A DNA stretch of 64,000 nucleotides from an uncultured Gammaproteobacteria bacterium (lineage in GTDB: Bacteria; Pseudomonadota; Gammaproteobacteria; UBA9214). A model generated the notes under the pieces. It made no database searches, was not told the DNA's origin, and saw nothing but the letters and a program-made list of their open reading frames with translations. The DNA is taken from assembly GCA_963773065.1 (NCBI GenBank), contig CAVYZN010000008.1:229752-293751 (forward strand). Direction: 5' to 3'. A program made the position numbers and the translations under genes. How positions within the stretch are numbered: the stretch's first letter is position 1; every line of letters starts with the position of its first letter. This document shows positions 45,731 to 56,448 of the stretch, one piece after another.

Positions 45731-45885
45731 CTCCATGTAGCGCCTGTCGAAGGTGAACTGACTTCGACCATGAATAGCCTCCGCCCGAGCAGCAAGACAG
45801 CCACCGTATGCCCGGCCTCGTGATAGGCCGTGGACAGCCAGGCGTGGGAATCGGATCGAGGATTTGGCCGGCACATGGTCGTACA

Positions 45886-46699
45886 TCACCCGTTGCTTCC
45901 ACCGCAATCGCACTCTAAGTCGTTAAGACGATTTCTGCGTCTGGCTATCCCAATCAGCCCCAGCAGGCCGGAGCCGAAGACCAAAGCGGCGGCAGGTAGC
46001 GGAACGGTATCACCCGGGTGTACAGCCCACACACTGAAGCTAGTGGACTTATCGTAGCCGCTCTGGCCACCGTCGCTGAAGAGGAAGAACCACACGAAGT
46101 TGGTAATGGGCGCGTACTCCGTACTATACAAGTAGACGTTGTTCTGCAGATTCGAAAAACGGACCCGTGTTGGTCAGGCAGTAGGGCGGACTGCCTGAAC
46201 ATCCCGTTTCGACGCCGCTCGTGTTGAAATAACCCGCCAGACTCAGGTTGTTATAATACATGTAGGCCATCTCGCTGCCCGTTGCCCCCGCATAGACCGT
46301 CCCCGGCGCGCTGATATTGTAGCCAATGTCCGTCGTACCGTTGTAAGCAAGGCTGTAATCAAAGGCCAAACCATCGATTGGGCTTACCTTCGGGAGCCGC
46401 CAATCGTTGTAGCCGAGATAGCCCGTGCCTCCGTCAGTGTTCATGGCCGCGATCCAGGAGTTGGCGGTGTTCCAGTTCATGGTGCCGTCGGCGTTGATAC
46501 CGGCGACGCCGAAGGTATTGGTGACGGCCAGATTCGCGTTAGCCAGCCAGGTAATATCCAGCACCGTGTCGTAATAGGCTTGATAGACACCACTACCCGG
46601 TAAGGTTTCCAGACGGCCCACCAGCGCTGCCTGGGTCAACGTTGAAATGAACAGCAACATACCGGCGCTGAGTGCGCCCCATAGACGAGATCGATACAC
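45886..46699 (-). CDS. VPLPA-CTERM (PEP-CTERM-type) surface protein with DUF1566/Lcl-like domain (frameshift near 46150)
   Basis: Signal peptide; YYDTVLDITWLANAN, GYNDWRLP, SEMAYMYY; C-terminal VPLPAAALVFGSGLLGLIGIARRR. Confidence 0.85.
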
Positions 46700-46770
46700 G
46701 GTGGAGTCTCAGTAAATCAAAATTATTAGTCATTCCCAGCCAGAACATCATTTCCATTCTCGTTTGTTAG

Positions 46771-48707
46771 CCTGACTTTCGCTACTCAACCATGCAGCGA
46801 CAGATAAGTGCTTGAAATTTCGAGCGGGGAGCCTCAAAGGTCTGTCCTACATTTGCCAACTTATTTTTGCATCGCCAGCGTGTTCTTCGCGGTAATCCTG
46901 GGCGGGGCCTGTGGCGGCAGTGTCCACTTCAGTTGCGCGAGAACGAGTAGTTGATCGGCTTCGGGCTCGGTGTGGCGGGTGAAGATGAGTTCGCGCCCAT
47001 CGGTGGTGGGGAAGTGCACGTCAAGCATCTGAATGGCAGCGAGTTTGTCGAGTGCTTGCCGGGCGGTAAGTCCGGGTGCTCGCTGTTTGAGTTGGTGACT
47101 CAGAGTGACTTGCACGCAGTACGCGAGGAAGCACACAAAAATGTGCGCTTCGATGCGATCCTCGCGTTGATGGAAGATCGGCCGAATGGCCAATTCGCTT
47201 TTCAGATTCTTGAATGCCGCTTCGACTTCCACCAGTTGCAAATAGAACTGCCACAATTGCGCCGGATCGGTGGCGGTGAGGTTGGAGCGTAGCAGGTAGC
47301 GGCCTTCGCGCTTGCGCACCGTGCGCAGCCTGGCGCGATCCAGCCGAGAGTCGAAATCGGTACGTTGCGTGCGGGTCTGTTTATCCGGCGCCTCGGGCAA
47401 GCGCAGTTTGACCAGACTGACCGCTCGCCCAGCAAGTGCTTGTGCAGCGCCGAGCTTGGTGAGCAGCGTGTAGTAGCGCGGGCGTTGCTGCTTGAGCGCG
47501 TGCAATCGCGCGAGGTAGCGCCGCAGCCGTTGCTGGCGCATGGCGCGCTCTTTGTGCACACGCGCCTGACTCTTCACATAGACGTAGAGTTCATCGTCCT
47601 GCGCCAAGAGCTTTACCTGCACCTGTTCGCGTGCCTGCTGCCAGCCACAGGCGGCAAGATCGGCTTCGAGTCGATTCAGACGCCCTTCGGCGTCCCCACC
47701 AAATACTGGGCACCGCGTTCACGCATCAGCGCCAGGTGCGCCTCCGTGGGAATGCCCCGATCCATCACCCAGACACGGCGCGCCTTGCCGTACAGCGCTT
47801 CAATGCGCTCCAGGAACCGCGGTAATGTCGTCGCGTCCGCCGTGTTGCCCGCCAGCACTTCGTAGGTGAGCGGAAACCCTTCCGGTGTGACAATCAGCGC
47901 GATCACCACTTAAGGCAATCCAGGCGATGATCGCGCGAATACCCGAAGCGGCGCTTGTCGCCCTCGGCAAACGGCGGATCGCTCTCAAAGTACGTGCTCG
48001 TCAAGTCATACAGCAGCACATCGAACGAGGCGCCGAACAAATCCTGCAGCGATGCTGCAAAAACACCTGCAGCGCCCATCGCGCTGCATTCAAACCACTC
48101 CCGATGCAGACGCCACTCGCTGCCCAGATAAATCAGTCGATACGCCACCAGCACCATCAACACCTGATGCCGATCCGTGCCCTCGCGCGATTCCACCAGC
48201 CGAGGTCGCCAGAATCATCCAACTACAGTTGCCGCCACAACTGCACAAACGCCCAACACGCACCCCACTGCCGTGGTCGATGCAACCGGAATTCACCCAG
48301 TCGCACCTGGCACCGCACGCTGCGGCATGCGGGGGCACACTGACATCGTCCGCAAACAACGCCAACGTGCGCGTTTGCGCGTGGTCATCCAGCACTTCAA
48401 TCTGCTTCAGCCACGCGGCGCGCTGCGAGTCGTTGATCTCACCCAGATACAAGATGTGTCGATCAACCGTTCCGCGCGCAACCCGTCGCTTCTCCGCAAT
48501 GCTGAAGTAGCGATGCTCCTTGCCGTCCTTGAATCGTCGATGACACTTCAGGTACATGCAGAAAGACTACCTGCTCTCGCGCAGCTTGCAAGCACCAAGG
48601 TCTGTACCCAACCAAAAATTAAAATCACAAGACCTTACAGGTCAAGCATTTACGCTCGCGATCACACCGAATATCAGCAAAATCCTGCTTGAGTTGCGAA
48701 AGTCAGG
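46771..48707 (-). mobile_element. IS1634-family element with fragmented transposase (46861-48557)
   Basis: Terminal repeats CCTGACTTTCGC.ACTCAA / TTGAGTTGCGAAAGTCAGG with flanking TTAG; YDLTSTYFE, GYSRD, VMDRGIP, VEAAFKNLK, RIEAHIF. Confidence 0.88.
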
Positions 48708-48848
48708 TTAGACCAAGCCTAACAAAATCGCGGAGTCATAGGCATTGTGGAAACTACGTACAAAAGACTATCTGAGGTGATAGTCGCGAAGGTTTATATA
48801 GAGTCGGAAGTACGCATTCAGGTAGCTGCACCACCCTGTATGCTGCTA

Positions 48849-48923
48849 AACGGCAAGGTTCGGCCACAACTTGCCCTTACCGGATGACTGGCGAACGGCA
48901 GGAATGCCGCAACTTCGGACATT
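48849..48923. repeat. Pair of 30-bp dyad sites, 45-bp period
   Basis: AACGGC-N18-GCCCTT and AACGGC-N18-GACATT. Confidence 0.65.
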
Positions 48924-49119
48924 TTTAGCAAACAAAAACGGCGACCCGCAGGCCGCCGCCTTTGTTATCGCAAGTGGTGAATGAAGACAATTTTCTCAAG
49001 TATTTCCCGTTCTCGGGATCGGGGGATTCGATCTGCCCGAAGAAACGTGTAAGCTTGCGGCCCCAACGCTAGGCGATTGTTTTCGCCATCAGTAACATAA
49101 CCAAGGAGACGGAAACATC

Positions 49120-49974
49120 ATGAGACGACTTATTGGCCTGCTGGTTCTGACGACGCTGGTCTGGCAACCGGCGATGGCAGGCAAGACCCCGAATACGCTT
49201 GCAAAGATCAAGAGCAGCAAGACGATCACCATTGCGTACGACACTGCTGGCGCGCCCTTCAGCTTTACCAAAGGCGGCGAACCCGCCGGCTACTCCATCG
49301 ATCTTTGCCAGGAAATCGTGACAAGCCTGGAAAAACAACTCGGCAATGACGATATCAAGATAGAATGGCGGGCCGGCAATACCCCTGAGCGCCTGAGCAT
49401 GGTGGAAAAGGGAGATGCGGATATCGATTGCGGCACAACCTCGATTACTCTGGGACGCCAGGAAAAAGTCGATTTCAGCAACCCGGTCTTCGTGGAATCC
49501 GGTGGGGTGCTAGTGCTCGAAAAGTCCGGCATTCATGGGCTAATCAGTCTCGCGGACAAAAAGGTGGCAGTCCTGTCCGGAACCACCACCGAGCAGCGCC
49601 TGCTTAAAGCGCTGGAACGCAAGCACATCAAGGCGGAGCTGGTGAAGATCAAGGATGCAAAAGAGGGAATGGCAGCCCTGGAATCCGGAAAGGCCGACGC
49701 CTATGCCGGCGACCGACTGGTTTTGATCGACCAGGTCACCGAATCTAAGGATCCGAGCCGTTACGCGATGTTGAAGGAAATGTTTTCCGTGGACCCCTAC
49801 GGTTTCGCCCTACCGCGCGGTGACGCCGATTTCCGCCTGGCGGTCAATCGCGCACTTGCCGACGTCTACCGTGGTGCCGCACTGGACCAGATTTTCGTGC
49901 ACTGGTTCGGTCCGGACGCGCAACCCTCAGAAGTACTGCAGGCCCTTTATCTGATTAACGCTTACCCTGATTGA
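49120..49974 (+). CDS. Amino-acid ABC substrate-binding protein (GltI-like), no permease adjacent
   Basis: TLAKIK, PFSF, GYSIDLC, VDFS.P.F, GTTTE, FRLAVNRALA. Confidence 0.9.
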   Translation: MRRLIGLLVLTTLVWQPAMAGKTPNTLAKIKSSKTITIAYDTAGAPFSFTKGGEPAGYSIDLCQEIVTSLEKQLGNDDIKIEWRAGNTPERLSMVEKGDADIDCGTTSITLGRQEKVDFSNPVFVESGGVLVLEKSGIHGLISLADKKVAVLSGTTTEQRLLKALERKHIKAELVKIKDAKEGMAALESGKADAYAGDRLVLIDQVTESKDPSRYAMLKEMFSVDPYGFALPRGDADFRLAVNRALADVYRGAALDQIFVHWFGPDAQPSEVLQALYLINAYPD

Positions 49975-50359
49975 GCGCAAAGAAACAACAAGGGCCGGTG
50001 GCAAATGTCAGCGACTATCACTTGCCACCGGCCTTTCCTTTATGCGTAACGACGGATCACCTGTCGAGCAGTTTATCCAGATGTTCCAGATCATTGACGA
50101 CCTTCCAGAGTCCGTCACCCGAATACGGATGTCCGGGATCCGCAGCCTTCCAGACATTTAACCTATGACGCACACCCTCTCCCTAGTCCTTCGAACGACG
50201 ATCATCACCCCAGTCCACCGTAGCTTCGCACTTGGCTCCGTGCTCATCGATATGCGCCATCTGTCACGCGTATGTTGATACCAGCAACCGAGAATGTCGA
50301 GGCCGCCCACCACAAGAGTTCAGTGGTAATTGGCCCCTGAGTCTCCTATGATTCCAGGC

Positions 50360-50974
50360 ATGCTTTTCAATGTCTATGTCATGCCGCTGGTGCTTTACCT
50401 TGCCGCCAAGATCGAGCCCGCATTGTTATCCGCGGATGGGGAACAGCATGCCGGTGCCAGCCATCAACAGGCGGAAGAGCGGGTAAAGGCCATCCAGGAG
50501 AGCCTGACACAGACCCTCGGGGTGGAAGTGCGATGGCCGGACGAGGGCGGTGTTGCGTTCACCGAGAGCACGGAGCGACGCATGCTTCACGCGCTCCGCT
50601 CGCTTGCCGCGTGGCATGAATATCCCATAGAGAAAGAGTTTGTATTGCTTGAGGACCCCAGAGACCACCTGAGCCTGATGAAGGTCTACCGCGGTGAGCA
50701 GACGCGCTATCCGCACCTGATGCGACACTCGGACAACCGGGGGTTCTGGTTGCCGGTTGACTATCCCCAACCCGCCGCATCCAGCGAGGCTGCCTGGTGG
50801 CTTATCGGCAGTTGCCAGGGCCTGGGTCGTGAACTTGAGGGAATCACCCCGTTGATCGAAGCCGTGCCCCCGGGGGCTGATCGTGAGTACCTGGAGAAGG
50901 CGCATGCCATCTTCGTTCGCGCGGTGTCAACAGCAAACGAACACGAACTTCCTGTCGTCATAGAAGCAACCTGA
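50360..50974 (+). CDS. Hypothetical protein
   Basis: Open frame of about 204 aa with YPHLMRHSDNRGFWLPVDY motif. Confidence 0.65.
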   Translation: MLFNVYVMPLVLYLAAKIEPALLSADGEQHAGASHQQAEERVKAIQESLTQTLGVEVRWPDEGGVAFTESTERRMLHALRSLAAWHEYPIEKEFVLLEDPRDHLSLMKVYRGEQTRYPHLMRHSDNRGFWLPVDYPQPAASSEAAWWLIGSCQGLGRELEGITPLIEAVPPGADREYLEKAHAIFVRAVSTANEHELPVVIEAT

Positions 50975-51107
50975 ATCTTCGCGAGAAGTTCCTTCGTCGG
51001 GTCCGTCGCTGCGCTCCTTTGGTCCAGTTACGCGTGAACTACCCGTAGGCCCAGGGAAAAAGGGTGTTTAATCTTATCGTATAGACGCCCCGTGTAAACT
51101 ATACCCC

Positions 51108-52154
51108 TCACACCGAAATCTTAAAGCGGCTGAAAGACAGCACCAGCAGCACGGCTAACGCCGCTGGAAACAGCACCCTTGAGACAGAGTTCAGGCGCTG
51201 CGCCAACTGCTTCCGCTCCCTCTCCCACAGCGCAGTGGTCACCACCGCCTGCGCCAGCGCTGCGAACACCAGCACGGTGGCGCCGATGGTGAAAACGTCG
51301 AGTTCGGTCAGGTAGGGAATCGGTGGAAGGCTGGAACCTAACGCCAGACGAAATGCGATCAGGGTGAGCATAGAGGTGGCCGATAGGCCGGTACGCGGCG
51401 CGATGTTCTGGGGGCTGAGCCAGAACACTGCCCAGGACATGAATACCACAAACGACATGGGCACGATCAGTTTCCACACGTAGTAGCCCGAACGCCGCTT
51501 GGCCGGAAACAGGATTTTCAGTTGCGTAATCGAACGGCCCGGCTGCACCCGGTACTCGCCGGTCGATGCTTTAGGGCTGCCGATCGACCAGTTGGGGCTG
51601 GAGAGATGCTCCGCTACCGCGAAGAGCTGCTCATCCACAACCAGTTTCAGGTCCTCAGGCCTGAAACGCGCCACGAGTGTGACGGGCAGCTCCTGGCTAT
51701 CGAAGGGAAAGCGGCTCAGATCGAGCGGCAGAGAATAGGTCCCATAAAAGCGCTGCACATAGCGCACGGAGCCGTCGGCTTGTACTTCCACCACATCGTT
51801 CATTTGGCGCTGCACGCTGCGCTGGTTCGTCACTAATACACCCGGATTCCAGATATCCCCTGCCGGCACCGTGCAGGGCGCATCCCGTCCGTTGACCAGC
51901 CGCGCATCCTTCCACTCGTAGCGCAGGAAGATATCGGCGACGTAACTCTGGTCGGCGTCATCGATCTTGGGAATATCTATCAGATAGACACCGACCCGGA
52001 CCTCGGTGGCACCTTGCCCAACACCGGGCCGGGAATGACGCACCGAGTCGGGAAACTCGCAGCCAGGTCCCGGGCTGCTCACAGTCTGACCTTGCACCAG
52101 TACCGAAGAACTTATCATGAGCAGCGCGAACAGTATTCGTGAGGTTTTCAACAT
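51108..52154 (-). CDS. Prokaryotic pentameric ligand-gated ion channel (GLIC/ELIC-like)
   Basis: W.D.RL, IWNP, DGSVRY, LDLSRFPFDSQ Pro-loop, YYVWKLIVP, M2 GLSATSMLTLIAF, LPPIPYLT.LD; four hydrophobic helices. Confidence 0.92.
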   Translation of the reverse strand: MLKTSRILFALLMISSSVLVQGQTVSSPGPGCEFPDSVRHSRPGVGQGATEVRVGVYLIDIPKIDDADQSYVADIFLRYEWKDARLVNGRDAPCTVPAGDIWNPGVLVTNQRSVQRQMNDVVEVQADGSVRYVQRFYGTYSLPLDLSRFPFDSQELPVTLVARFRPEDLKLVVDEQLFAVAEHLSSPNWSIGSPKASTGEYRVQPGRSITQLKILFPAKRRSGYYVWKLIVPMSFVVFMSWAVFWLSPQNIAPRTGLSATSMLTLIAFRLALGSSLPPIPYLTELDVFTIGATVLVFAALAQAVVTTALWERERKQLAQRLNSVSRVLFPAALAVLLVLSFSRFKISV

Positions 52155-52383
52155 ACTGCATTTCTGCCTGGTTAGCTGGCCAACTAGTTTCCTTCGATTT
52201 GATTGAGTCAAAGGCAGATTCTTCACGAACACGACCAAAAGCATGCACTTTATACAGCACAGGGTTTTACAGCAAGCTGCCTTAACATCGTAAAGTGCCG
52301 CACAGAATATCGTTATTGGAATTCTACTTGGTGGGCCAATCAAATATTTCTGCCAATAACCACTTAACAGAGTCCGATCTGGG

Positions 52384-52561
52384 AACGGCCGCTTATAGTA
52401 CATTCTTGCCGTACCCAGGGATATCCGGAACGGCAAGTTAGGGTCGACTCACGCCGTTTAACGAAATCTTATATAAGCGTCTCATGTAGGACAGGGATCG
52501 GCCAACTCCTGACCTACACGGACGACCAGCGGAGGGCAACTGTGCAGCAACTTCGGACATT
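52384..52561. repeat. Dyad-site cluster plus ~105-bp block repeated at 55605-55712
   Basis: Units at 52384, 52429 and 52532; TTTAACGAAATCTTATATAAGCGTCTC is identical in both blocks. Confidence 0.85.
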
Positions 52562-52606
52562 AAGGCGCACTACGTTAGATGGTCACTATCGGGTCTGACG
52601 ACTAAT

Positions 52607-53536
52607 CTATTTTTTGTCAGGCAGCCTTGGATCTCGATTATCCTTTAAGCAGCCAATAGTCACCTTGTGATACCAGTCGACCATGGTTAGCAGGTCCTGT
52701 GCGAGTTCAAAAGCTTCATTTACTCGCAAGTTGAGTAGCCAGCGCTCGCTCTTACCAGTCTGCTGCACGCTAATAAAGCGTTTACCTCGCAATGTTCTCA
52801 GTGCCGCGTCATATTTCTTCACTTCGATGTTTCTTTCGGCATCCATTTCAGGCGCGTCATTGGGTGTCGCGAGTTCCTTTGCAACCGCCTTTGCAATTTT
52901 CGCCTGATACGGTTCCGCCCATTTATGCCATTTGTTCCACTCGGGAGGAGCAAGCGACGGAATCACAAATATCGTTCTTTCGGCATCTCGGGTAAATACG
53001 ACCTGCCCAGGGTCCTTTGGAACGTCTGGCAGCGAGCCGAGCACTCTGCCTAATTCCTTAGCAGCACCAGCTCCGTGAACAATCATGACCCGTGGACGAA
53101 TATAGCGAAGCAAGTTTTCAAAGATCTCAGTTCCTCGCGCGGCCCCGCCCTTGTTGCCCGGGCGTTTCAGGTCTTCACTCATCGGCGTCGAGTAACAGAT
53201 GACGTTCGTTTCGAGAACGTTGCATACACCCTGGCGTTCGAGAACCTTACGAAGTCCATCAATATTCTTACGCGTATGTGAACTCCTATGGTTTGTCATC
53301 TCATCATATAGGCTACGACAAGACTCCCCATTACGATTGAACAAGGCATCCAGGTGGCGCTTGTGCGTGAGGCGCAAAACATCATATGTCATAGCCTGAT
53401 TCGCTCCAACGATGAAGACATCTGCCGACATCGGATCTTTCAAATCCGTCATCCATGGACGCGGGTACTGACCATCGAGGGGTTTGGTCAGTTCCTCAAT
53501 CAACAATTCAAATTTGTTTGTACGTTTGCTGTTCAT
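52607..53536 (-). CDS. Hypothetical protein, uracil-DNA glycosylase-like superfamily
   Basis: VFIVGANQA, LETNVICYSTP, IRPRVMIVHGAGAAKEL, IPSLAP follow the UDG motif order; lower GC. Confidence 0.6.
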   Translation of the reverse strand: MNSKRTNKFELLIEELTKPLDGQYPRPWMTDLKDPMSADVFIVGANQAMTYDVLRLTHKRHLDALFNRNGESCRSLYDEMTNHRSSHTRKNIDGLRKVLERQGVCNVLETNVICYSTPMSEDLKRPGNKGGAARGTEIFENLLRYIRPRVMIVHGAGAAKELGRVLGSLPDVPKDPGQVVFTRDAERTIFVIPSLAPPEWNKWHKWAEPYQAKIAKAVAKELATPNDAPEMDAERNIEVKKYDAALRTLRGKRFISVQQTGKSERWLLNLRVNEAFELAQDLLTMVDWYHKVTIGCLKDNRDPRLPDKK

Positions 53537-53632
53537 TTGGCCCGGGTAGTTCTGGTAATTGACGTTGGTATCACGTGGTCATAGCCCTCTTCCGACTGTA
53601 TACGGACTGACAGGACCCGGCAACCTGAGAAG

Positions 53633-53707
53633 GATGTCTGACTTCAGTACAAACACGACATGAAGCCCAAGACGCTGGACGTCTGGGTAGGGTCGATTCA
53701 GGTCCTT
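53633..53707. repeat. Pair of 30-bp dyad sites, 45-bp period
   Basis: TTCAGTACAAACACGACATGAAGCCC is shared with 55560; GTAGGGTCGA core in the second unit. Confidence 0.8.
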
Positions 53708-54285
53708 CAGGATTTGCTTATCCAGCAATCAGACCCCACCCGCCGTGGAAAGCATGGGGAGGGAGGGAGACTGCCGGACGACATTGCCGGACCCAGTGCA
53801 TACGTCAGGTTTCCGGATCGTCAGTCTTCCACGGAGCAGCACAGTCGGCATCAGCGCGGCCTGGGACCTCGGACTTCGGCGCGAAGTCGTACCCCCTCCA
53901 AGCAGCGACCCGACTCGGCCTGCTTGGTCCTGGTACGGCCTGGATATGGTGGCGGTCATGTTGATTTGGCCTCACGCCGGTGACGAGCCAATAAAAGTCG
54001 TCCTTGCGCAGTCAGAAAACCTGCGAAGAAGCCTTATGCATTTTATCGGCGCGACAGATTCAAATACGCCCGTACCGGTGGGGTCCCCATGATGCTGGTT
54101 TGTATTCCGCCTGAGACCCAAGTGTTGGCTGTATTCATTCCGAGCAGCGAGACGCCGTACACCGCCGTCGGGCCGCTTGCCTGACACGCATTCTTCATCT
54201 TCTCAGCGGCAGCGATTATCGTGATATAGTTAAACAATAAAAATGCTTCGCGGTAAACAACAATAAGTCAAGAAAGTCACGAGAT

Positions 54286-55420
54286 GTGTACTCCATGTCC
54301 AAAAGGCATTATGTAGAGGGACCCACGGTGTTGTTGGGCGTCGTGGTGGCCGTTACCGTAGCCGCGGTGGCACTGACCTACTATATCGGGCGCCACGTCA
54401 TTGAACAAAGTCGTATGTTTGTCGTGAATTCACCGCCAGTGCAACAGGGACCGTCCGCGACTTATGCCGGTGAGAGCCGCGAGTCAGCCAGCCCGCAAGG
54501 TTCCCAGCCGGAGTTGCAGGGACAGAATCATCCCGGCGAGACGTCTGCCCAAGAGGCGGACGGAGAGGTTGCTCGGGTTGGGGTCGCGATACACGGGAAG
54601 ACCGGCATCAAAATTACGAGGCGGGTATCGCAACAGTCCACGCTCGTATCTTCGACAGCAGTCGAGGAATCGCCAGCCGTAGGTGGACAAGGTGACAGGG
54701 GGTCGGGTAAGCAGTGCAGCCTGCTGGGCATGATGCTGAACCGGGTGTCCAGGACAGCGCACAGTCTGTCACTTCCGTGGCGATGAAAAATCGCCCGGTG
54801 CCACGGCCGGACACATTGAGTTCAGAGGGTCAGATCCAGGTCGCTGAACCCGCGCGTACAGCGGAATCAGCACGACCTGCCGTCAACACGGCGATGAGGG
54901 ACGGTTCCGGCCCTGCAGCACGCGATGTAACGCCCGCTACTCGCGATTCACGTCAGCCGCTCTCTAGCGGGCAAGCGGTGGTATCAGCGGTTCAGTCAAT
55001 GAGAGAATCGCCAAGCTGCTGGAGCAGGCAGGAGAAGCCCTGAGAGAGGACCGCCTAATGATCCCGGCGCATCGCAGCGCTTACAGTTATTATCAGCAAG
55101 TGCTGTCACAGGAGCCGGGTAACGCTGAGGCTCACGACGGATTGAAGAAAATTGTGGAACGTTATGTCACGCTGACAAGACATGCTATTCAGCGCGAAGA
55201 TAAATTCAAGGCAAACCAGTATATAACCCGCGCTCTGCGTGTCCGGCCCGGTGACAGACGCCTGCTGGCGATGAAAGACAGCATCAACACGATGTTAGCC
55301 AGCACGCGGTCCGAACCACCGGCCAGGCGGCTGAAGTCCCCTCCGCAGGAAGGGGAAACACCGAGGAATATTTTTCAGCGGCTGAGGGACTTTTATATCC
55401 TCCACGTTCCTTTGAATTGA
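54286..55420 (+). CDS. Membrane-anchored hypothetical protein with C-terminal TPR-like domain (fragmented)
   Basis: N-terminal hydrophobic helix, low-complexity linker, SAYSYYQQVLSQEPGNAEAHDGL. Confidence 0.55.
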
Positions 55421-55549
55421 CATGGGATGCAGTTCGATGCTTCTTCAGTGCTACAGGCCAAGCATTTTATGACTGAACCGCCGGCATTACACCGCGTGGC
55501 CTTCAGAAGGCGTAGATCAGCCGCGCAGACTGTCAATGGAAGGACGGTA

Positions 55550-55725
55550 AACGTCTTGTTTCAGTACAAACACGACATGAAGCCCGAAATGCTGGATGTC
55601 CGAGTAGGGTCGACTCCCGTCCTTTAACGAAATCTTATATAAGCGTCTCGTGTAGGACCGGGATCGGCCCAATTCATGACCTACAGATGCGACCCGCGAA
55701 GGGCAGCAATGCAAAACCGGTCATT
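55550..55725. repeat. Dyad-site cluster, mosaic of the 53633 and 52429 clusters
   Basis: Units at 55550, 55595 and 55699. Confidence 0.85.
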
Positions 55726-55729
55726 CGTA

Positions 55730-55985
55730 ATCGGGATAGGAAGAAGCCTTACGGCTCCTCCCTCTCACACCACCGGACGTACGGATCACGTATCCGGCGG
55801 GTCGATGAATTGAATTCCTACCGTGGCACAAGGCTGGGTAGTCCCATGCTGTTGAAGAAGCGCAAGGGTAGCGCCATCACCAATGCCCCCGTCTTCGACA
55901 GCCGCCACGGGCCGTGGGTCGCCGACTTGCTGGTGTTCCACGCTTCACGCACTGACACACCGCGTTGGCGCAGTTCCCGGTACCC
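55730..55985 (-). mobile_element. 3' remnant of a group IIC intron
   Basis: ORF end GYRELRQRGVSVREAWNTSKS..HGPWRLS...FFNSMGLPSL*; domain V CCGCCGGATACGTGATCCGTACGTCCGGTGG; domain VI ending CCTATCCCGAT. Confidence 0.88.
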
Positions 55986-56054
55986 TGTGACCCCAGCGGG
56001 TCAAGTAGTCAAACGGCCATCTAGGGGCGGCTAACCAGCCATTTCGGCGGACCC

Positions 56055-56267
56055 TTACGGGTTCGACGCCTTTTCGGCCTGCTGCAGTCTGTCCTGCTCG
56101 GTCCGCATCGCTGCGTTGAGCTGACTCCGGACTTGGTCCGTCAACTGTTGGGCCTGCTTTGCCTCTTGGGCATTGAGCGCGGCCTCGGTGGCCGACGTAC
56201 TTGCCAAGTCGGCCGCGCAGCCGGCCAAAGCGACGGTCAGAAACACCGATGATATGAGTCGGTTCAT
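56055..56267 (-). CDS. Small lipoprotein
   Basis: GGAG RBS; MNRLISSVFLTVALAGC lipobox. Confidence 0.75.
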   Translation of the reverse strand: MNRLISSVFLTVALAGCAADLASTSATEAALNAQEAKQAQQLTDQVRSQLNAAMRTEQDRLQQAEKASNP

Positions 56268-56448
56268 GACATTGCTCTCCGTTTAATTCGGCGGTCACAG
56301 TCGACCGGCCCGGCCGCCATTCCCACCCAAGGGCGATCAAAGGAAAGTCCAAGCCCTGTTGGTAGAGTATCGGCCGAATAAACGTCCTTTTTACTATCTG
56401 CCAACAGATCATCCACGGGTAAGGAAGTCCCCTATCCCCTCCCACTAA

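Larger units (their letters stand above)
42802..45876 (-). pseudogene. Stand-alone peptidase M41 (FtsH protease domain)-like gene interrupted by the IS4 element
   Basis: Removing the IS and one target duplication restores MCRP...TAYHEAGHTVAV...ATWSEGLCGE...AGAVAEAE...SGAWGDL in one frame. Confidence 0.8.

Noticed and set aside
52561-52585. CGTTAGATG as an attC R' site
   Set aside because: No matching R''/L boxes found; a 7-mer alone is not enough.
53660-54237. Several short overlapping ORFs
   Set aside because: No motifs, RBS or consistent codon bias; cannot support a gene call.
48849-55725. 30-bp unit plus 15-bp spacer pairs as mini-CRISPR arrays
   Set aside because: The units are too divergent, the spacers too short, and no cas genes are present; reported instead as dyad sites.
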